Part shown: piece after piece, positions 52,801-64,000 of the stretch
Position numbering within the stretch: the stretch's first letter is position 1
How the letters are laid out: each line of letters starts with the position of its first letter
Assembly: GCA_004764695.1 (NCBI GenBank)
Contig: SMSO01000009.1
Coordinates: forward strand, 62,001-126,000
Length of the DNA: 64,000 nt
Direction of reading: 5' to 3'
From: Schizochytrium sp. TIO01
Lineage: Eukaryota > Protista > Bigyra: Labyrinthulomycetes
Notes under the pieces: model-generated
Told to the model about the DNA's origin: nothing
What the model saw: the letters and a program-made list of their open reading frames with translations, nothing else
Databases searched by the model: none
Program-made: the position numbers and the translations under genes

Positions 52801-55800
52801 GAACACACCCTTTCGAACAATTCTTTAGCAGTTCCAGAAAATTTGTCATAGCTGCATTTGATAAATCAATGAACGAAAGAAAGAGAATAAAAGCGCTTGT
52901 TAGAAAAACGATGCACGCATCTAAAGACGGCCTCGCAAGTCCATATGGAGACATGGAGAGAACCAGCGAAGGCAAGGCTCTGCGCAAGCTGGGAATAGCA
53001 GCAGAGGGAACGGAACTTACTAGATTTTAACAGAAGGACATGCTTTGTGCAGAGACTTTGCGACGGCCTTTGCGCCCTCCGAGCCAATGTCGTTCTCAGA
53101 AAGACTGTGAGTATAAATGAATAAGTTTGTTTTGTTCATTCGTTGTCAAGAAAGACAGGTCCAGTCAGTTGATCCTGTTTTGTTTTGTTTTTCCTCACAA
53201 TAAAAAGCAATCAGCTTTTGTTCTGCTGTTGCTGTTGCCTATCAAATTATATAGATTTCCTTCTTCTCTTTGTAAAAAAGAAAAGACTTCTTTGCCTTTC
53301 TTTGCGTACCCAACTACGTAAACTACTTAGGTAGTGTACCAGCAGTACTAGAAACACCAAGCACTAAAAAAAAAGAAAGAAAAAGCTTGGTCCTGACTAT
53401 TACGATAGCTTTCCCTCGTGGATGATTCCACCAACGTACCCAAGACGAGTCAGGTTCTTGCATCCCTCGAGTGCCTTTGCGACGGCCTTTGCGCCCTCCG
53501 AGCCAATGTTGTTGTTGTAAAGACTGTGAGTATAAATGAATAAGTTTGTTTTGTTCATTCGTTGTCAGGAAAGACAGGTCCAGTCAGTTGATCCTGTTTT
53601 GCTTTGTTTTTCCTAACAATAAAAAGCAATCACCTCTTCTTCTGCTGCTGCCTATCAAATTATATACATTTCCTTCTTCTCTTTGTAAAAAAGAAAAGAC
53701 TTCTTTGCCTTTTTTTTTCTTTGCGTACCCAACTACGTAAACTACTTAGGTAGTGTACCAGCAGTACTACAAACACCAAGCACTAAAAAGAAAGAAAGAA
53801 AAAGCTTGGTCCTGACTATCACGATAGCTTTCCCTCGTGGATGATTCCACAAACGTACTACAATTTTTGAAGGTTCTTGCATCCCTCGAGTGCATTTGCG
53901 ACGGCCTTTGCGCCCTCATCGCCAATGTTGTTGCTACCAAGACTGTGAGTATATATGAATAAGTTTGTTTTGTTCATTCGTTGTCAGAAAAGACAGGTCC
54001 AGTCAGTTGATCCTGTTTTGTTTTGTTTTTCCTCACAATAAAAAGCAATCACCTCTTCTTCTTCTGCTGCTGCTGCTGCTGCGTATCAAATTATATAGAT
54101 TTCCTTCTTCTCTTTGTAAAAAAGAAAAGACTTCTTTGCCTTTCTTTGCGTACCCAACTACGTAAACTACTTAGGTAGTGTACCAGCAGTACTACAAACA
54201 CCAAGCACTAAAAAGAAAGAAAGAAAAAGCTTGGTCCTGACTATTACGATAGCTTTCCCTCGTGGATGATTCCACAAACGTACTCTAAAGTTTGAAGGTT
54301 CTTGCATCCCTCGAGTGCCTTTGCGACGGCCATTGCGCCCTCATCGCCAATGTTGTTTTGACCAAGACTGTGAGTATAAATGAATAAGTTTGTTTTGTTC
54401 ATTCGTTGTCAGGAAAGACAGGTCCAGTCAGTTGATCCTGTTTTGTTTTGTTTTTCCTCACAATAAAAAGCAATCACCTCTTCTTCTTCTGCTGCTGCTG
54501 CTGCTGCGTATCAAATTATATAGATTTCCTTCTTCTCTTTGTAAAAAAGAAAAGACTTCTTTGCCTTTCTTTGCGTACCCAACTACGTAAACTACTTGGG
54601 TAGTGTACCAGCAGTACTACAAACACCAAGCACTAAAAAGAAAGAAAGAAAAAGCTTGGTCCTGACTATTACGATAGCTTTCCCTCGTGGATGATTCCAC
54701 AAACGTACTCTAAAATTTGAAGGTTCTTGCATCCCTCGAGTGCCTTTGCGACGAGCTTTGCGCCCTCATCGCCAATGTTGTTGCACTCAAGACTGTGAGT
54801 ATATATGAATAAGTTTGTTTTGTTCATTCGTTGTCAGGAAAGACAGGTCCAGTCAGTTGATCCTGTTTTGTTTTGTTTTTCCTCACAATAAAAAGCAATC
54901 ACCTCATCTTCTTCTGCTGCTGCTACCTATCAAATTATATAGATTTCCTTTTGCCCTTCCTTCTTCTCTTTGTAAAAAAGAAAAGACTTCTTTGCCTTTC
55001 TTTGCGTACCCAACTAGGTAAACTACTTAGGTAGTGTACCAGCAGTACTACAAACACCAAGCACTAAAAAGAAAGAAAGAAAAAGCTTGGTCCTGACTAT
55101 TACGATAGCTTTCCCTCGTGGATGATTCCACAAACGTACTCGAAAGTTTGAAGGTTCTTGCATCCCTCGAGTGCCTTTGCGACGGCCTTTGCGCCCTCAT
55201 CGCCAATGTTGTTGTTGTTAAGACTGTGAGTATAAATGAATAAGTTTGTTTTGTTCATTCGTTGTCAGGAAAGACAGGTCCAGTCAGTTGATTCTGTTTT
55301 GTTTTCTTTTTCCTCACAATAAAAAGCAATCACCTCTTCTTCCGCTGCTGCTGCTGCCTATCAAATTATATAGATTTCCTTCTTCTCTTTGTAAAAAAGA
55401 AAAGACTTCTTTGCCTTTCTTTGCGTACCCAACTACGTAAACTACTTAGGTAGTGTACCAGCAGTACTACAAACACCAAGCACTCAAAAGAAAGAAAGAA
55501 AAAGCTTGGTCCTGACTATTACGATAGCTTTCCTTCGTGGAAGATTCCACAAACGTACTCTAAAGTTTGAAGGTTCTTGCATCCCTCGAGTGCCTTTGCG
55601 ACGGCCTTTGCGCCCTCATCGCCAATTTCGCTCCACTCAAGACTGTGAGTATAAATGAATAAGTTTGTTTTGTTCATTCGTTGTCAGGAAAGACAGGTCC
55701 AGTCAGTTGATCCTGTTTTGTTTTGTTTTTCCTCACAATAAAAAGCAATCAGCTCTCTTCTTCTGCTGCTGCTGCCTATCAAATTATATAGATTTCCATC

Positions 55801-57552
55801 TTCTCTTTGTAAAAAAGAAAAGACTTCTTTGCCTTTCTTTGCGTACCCAACTACGTAAACTACTTAGGTAGTGTACCAGCAGTACTACAAACACCAAGCA
55901 CTAAAAAGAAAGAAAGAAAAAGCTTGGTCCTGACTATTACGATAGCTTTCCCTCGTGGATGATTCCACAAACGTACTCTAATGTTGAAGGTTCTTGCATC
56001 CCTCGAGTGCCTTTGCGACGGCCTTTGCGCCCTCATCGCCAATGTTGTTCCTACCAAGACTGTGAGTATAAATGAATAAGTTTGTTTTGTTCATTCGTTG
56101 TCAGGAAAGACAGGTCCAGTCAGTTGATCCTGTTTTGTTTTGTTTTTCCTCACAATAAAAAGCAATCACCTCTTCTTCTCTGCTGCTGCTGCTGCCTATC
56201 AAATTATATAGATTTCCTTCTTCTCTTTGTAAAAAAGAAAAGACTTCTTTGCCTTTCTTTGCGTACCCAACTACGTAAACTACTTAGGTAGTGTACCAGC
56301 AGTACTACAAACACCAAGCACTAAAAAGAAAGAAAGAAAAAGCTTGGTCCTGACTATTACGATAGCTTTCCCTCGTGGATGATTCCACAAACGTACTCTA
56401 AAGTTTGAAGGTTCTTGCATCCCTCGAGTGCCTTTGCGACGGCCTTTGCGCCCTCATCGCCAATGTTGTTGTTGTCAAGACTGTGAGTATAAATGAATAA
56501 GTTTGTTTTGTTCATTCGTTGTCAGGAAAGACAGGTCCAGTCAGTTGATCCTGTTTTGTTTTGTTTTTCCTCACAATAAAAAGCAATCACCTCTTCTTCT
56601 GCTGCTGCTGCTGCTGCTGCGTATCAAATTATATAGATTTCTTTCTTCTCTTTGTAAAAAAGAAAAGACTTCTTTGCCTTTCTTTGCGTACCCAACTACG
56701 TAAACTACTTAGGTAGTGTACCAGCAGTACTACAAACACCAAGCACTAAAAAGAAAGAAAGAAAAAGCTTGGTCCTGACTATTACGATAGCTTTCCCTCG
56801 TGGATGATTCCACAAACGTACCCAAGTTGAGTCAGGTTCTTGCATCCCTCGAGTGCCTTTGCGACGGCCTTTGCGCCCTCCAAGCCAATGTTGTTGCTAC
56901 GAAGACTGTGAGTATAAATGAATAAGTTTTGTTCATTTGATGTCAGGAAAGACAGGTCCAGTCAGTTGATGCTGTTTTGTTTTGTTCTTCCTCACAATAA
57001 AAAGCAATCAGCTCTTCTTCTGCTGCTGCTGCTGCTGCCTATCAAATTCTATAGGTTTCCTTCTTCTCTTTGTAAAAAAGAAAAGACTTCTTTGCCTTTC
57101 TTTGCGTACCCAACTACGTAAACTACTTAGGTAGTGTACCAGCAGTACTACAAACACCAACCACAAAAAAGAAAGAAAGAAAAAGCTTGGTCCTGACTAT
57201 TACGATAGCTTTCCCTCGTGGATGATTCCACAAACGTACTACAATTCTTGAAGGTTCTTGCATCCCTCGAGTGCCTTTGCGACGGCCTTTGCGCCCTCAT
57301 CGCCAATGTTGTTTTGAGAAAGACTGTGTTTGTTTGTTTGTTGTGAACAAGTGAGAGTAAGTATATGCCATTTCCAACTTCTTCATTAGTGCCGCTACTA
57401 GTTCAAAACTATTCTTCTTCTACAAAGCTGACCACTACAACACATCGACGACGCGATGCCTCATTCTTCTGTCTCGTCCCTTCTGCATCGTGCACTTACC
57501 GAATCTCTGTCGTATCTTCTCTGATGTCCTTAATGCTCTTTGCCACAGTCAT
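49819..57552 (-). CDS. Multi-exon LRR-kinase-RING/RBR-like protein, ~1286 aa if the 1-nt-short exon is corrected (11 LRRs, acidic linker, helical region, Ser/Thr kinase, RING1, Rcat-like Zn domain)
   Basis: Minus-strand exons 57552-57500 (MTVAKSIKDIREDTTEI); LRR exons 57323-57240, 56905-56822, 56480-56397, 56059-55977 (83 nt), 55642-55559, 55223-55140, 54792-54709, 54367-54284, 53942-53859, 53523-53440, 53104-53021; linker exon 52851-52657; terminal exon 52507-49819, in frame with the 888-aa ORF. Motifs: VLKEF, HCDIKPEN, DFDG, YVAPE, CLVC..C..C..C..CMKPEC, CPNC..DGCCAVEC..C..FCAWC. Confidence 0.85.
53021..57323 (-). repeat. Tandem LRR exon-intron cassette array (11 units, 417-431 bp), second repeat family
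   Basis: Near-identical introns (GTACGT..CACAG) that differ mainly in a (CTT/CTG)n tract; exon consensus xLxxNNIGDEGAKAVAKALEGCKNLxxL. Confidence 0.95.
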
Positions 57553-58787
57553 CGTGTTTTGCAGCAGTGAGTTTCGCCTTTGATGGATGGATTGATCAAT
57601 CGCGTTGATTTTCTTTGCTTTGTCTTTGTCTTCGCTTTGCTTTGGCGCTCGTAAGATAGAGGGAGAGAGAGTCGTTTGAGTCTTCGCTTGCGCTGCTGAT
57701 CAGGAACGGAGACTTCTACTCTCTCTTCTTCTTCTCCTTCTCCTTCTTCTGAGCTGCAAGGAAGGAGGATCGGGCGGACTCCTCGCGATGCCTCGCAAGT
57801 GCCTCAGTAGACCAAGCCTCGCCCACGAACAGCGAACGCGTGGAGGGGTGTGGCACGCGAGATGTTGCGGGTGCGTGGATATCGTGCGCGCGCGCTGCCT
57901 CGTGTTGCGGCTTTGCGGCTTTGGCGATGGCATGGTATTCCCTTTTATTCCTTTCCTGTGTTAAGGTCCTTTGCCCTTTTGTTTAAGGTGCTTTCACTTC
58001 GTTTCTAATTTATCCTGGGAGCGCAAAAGAGGAGTCTAGTCTTGAAGAAAGACGAGGAGGCCTCGTGCTTCGTCTAGGTCAAAAACAAGGCAGGAGGCGA
58101 CACGAGGAAGGACTCCATCCCTTTATGGTCGTGCAGATGAAGAGAGTTAACGCATAGAACTACTCTTCAAGCTTTTTTCTTTTCTTTTTTAAAATCAATA
58201 TAAGAAATCAAGTTGGTGTGTAAAGCAAAAGAAGGATGTTGAATTTTGATTGCCATGGCGTATTGTGTAATGAATAGCAGGCAAGAAAAAGATCCTTATA
58301 TTGAGGTCTATTTGAGATAAGAGATGGGAGCTTATTGAATCCTTTTGTTGCCTTTGATGAAGTCTTGGAGCAACACAAACTCGCAACTGTGTCATCGAGG
58401 AGCATGTAAGAAAATAATTTTGATATAGCTAAAGCTTGGGAGAGAATGGAGAACAAGTCGACAATTTTCGGATTTCAAAGATGTGTCGAGTTGTTGGATT
58501 TTTGCTTCACGGCTTCAATGTGAAAAAAGCAGAGAGTTGCTTTCAACGATCAGAGCTACTGGCGGGTGCGACCAAAGGTGTGCCAGAAAGAAGGGAAGGA
58601 AAGTTTCAAAAAGAGGAGAATCTTTGACCGAGAGTAGAGATGCCTAGTTGCCTTTCTTACAGTGCTGTCAATCCTCTTCGGGCAGGTTTATTTTCATGAA
58701 ATTAATCTTTGATGTGTATAATAATATTGTGATATCAACCGTGGAGTTGCTTTCTTGTAGTGATAAGATAAAAATAAAGGGAGAAAA

Positions 58788-58906
58788 AACATTCAACACC
58801 GGGGCTTCGCATGCAGTCCCCTATCATACTACTGACCCGGCCCTACGCGACTTTACTTCTCAGTGCGAATGAGATGAGGTGTTACCCGCGTGGTATGATC
58901 GAATGT
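58788..58906 (-). rRNA. 5S rRNA gene (copy 4), between two divergent LRR genes
   Basis: Same 119-nt sequence, with oligo-T terminator. Confidence 0.95.
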
Positions 58907-59402
58907 GACTGACAAACCTGGTGCCATACTCTATATATATATCAGTATTTAAATGGGTTGTTGTTTACTTTCTTTAACTTCTATGGATATGTGATTCAAT
59001 AGCAAGGTAGTGCGTAAAGAGGTAAGTATTGCTGGAATTTCTGGAGCAACATACTGCAGAAGGATATTCCCAGGAGTAGGCTTTAGGAAATAGGAATAAG
59101 CCTTGAACAGAGCGAGAAAGAAAGGCAGGTCAGCACATGCAGAAACCCCGAGGCTGAGGTAGGGAAAGGTTAGGTTTCGTAATACAGTAAAATATCCTTT
59201 CCACTTCGAGAGCATATCTCCTTCTTAGGGAAAACCATCAGTAACTCAGTAAGCTCAGACCGCATGTGTCATCGAACTTGCATGCTTTAACGTTCCAGCA
59301 GGTTCAAAACCTTCTGCAACGACTAGACTGTGCCACGAGCTTAGCTAAAAAGGCACACGCATCACCCCGCTAGTTAAGGTATAGATCGTTACTTGCTGCG
59401 CG

Positions 59403-63770
<4,368 letters not shown>

Positions 63771-64000
63771 GTAAGTTGTCTTAGCAGCAGCGCCGCTCAT
63801 GGACTTGTTTGTACATGATGCTTGCTTTATTGGTGTATTGTTCTGGTCAGTGTTGTTTGCAAGTTTTTGCAATCGCTTGTTTGTTTGATGGACGGAGAAG
63901 TTGTCTGTTTGACTGAGTATGCATCCATCAAACAAAGAGCAAAGTGACAAAAAAAAATAGTTGGAATCCTGAAATCCAACCTAGATCACTCACGTCTACT

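Noticed and set aside
53127-57121. Repeated plus-strand ORFs MFCSFVVRKDRSSQL...
   Set aside because: Antisense to the repeated introns of the minus-strand LRR gene, with non-ATG starts and frames that vary with microsatellite length

Overview
Eukaryotic DNA from a thraustochytrid (Labyrinthulomycetes). The 18S rRNA reads like Aurantiochytrium/Schizochytrium, judged by recognition rather than a search. The window holds one stand-alone 18S-5.8S-28S rDNA unit, four dispersed 5S rRNA genes, two tRNA genes plus a probable tRNA pseudogene, an intact recent Ty1/copia element with non-canonical TA..TA LTRs, and decayed Crinkler-like genes. The main signal is invisible to the ORF track. Four tandem arrays of ~385-bp or ~421-bp 'repeats' are exon-intron cassettes, each carrying one 84-bp phase-2 exon that encodes a single 28-aa ribonuclease-inhibitor-type LRR. 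The LRRs are hypervariable at predicted solvent-exposed positions. Spliced together, the arrays give four genes: LRR(8)-ROC-COR-TIR (2113-7806), LRR(18) plus a short tail (21028-29032), LRR(11)-helical-kinase-RING/Rcat (minus strand, 57552-49819) and LRR(>=11) truncated by the window end (from 59403). Three of them start from one homologous cassette: divergent 5S gene, promoter, leader exon and (GCTT)n. This looks like a modular, recombination- or splicing-diversified LRR receptor system embedded in rDNA/5S-rich DNA. The immune function is inference.
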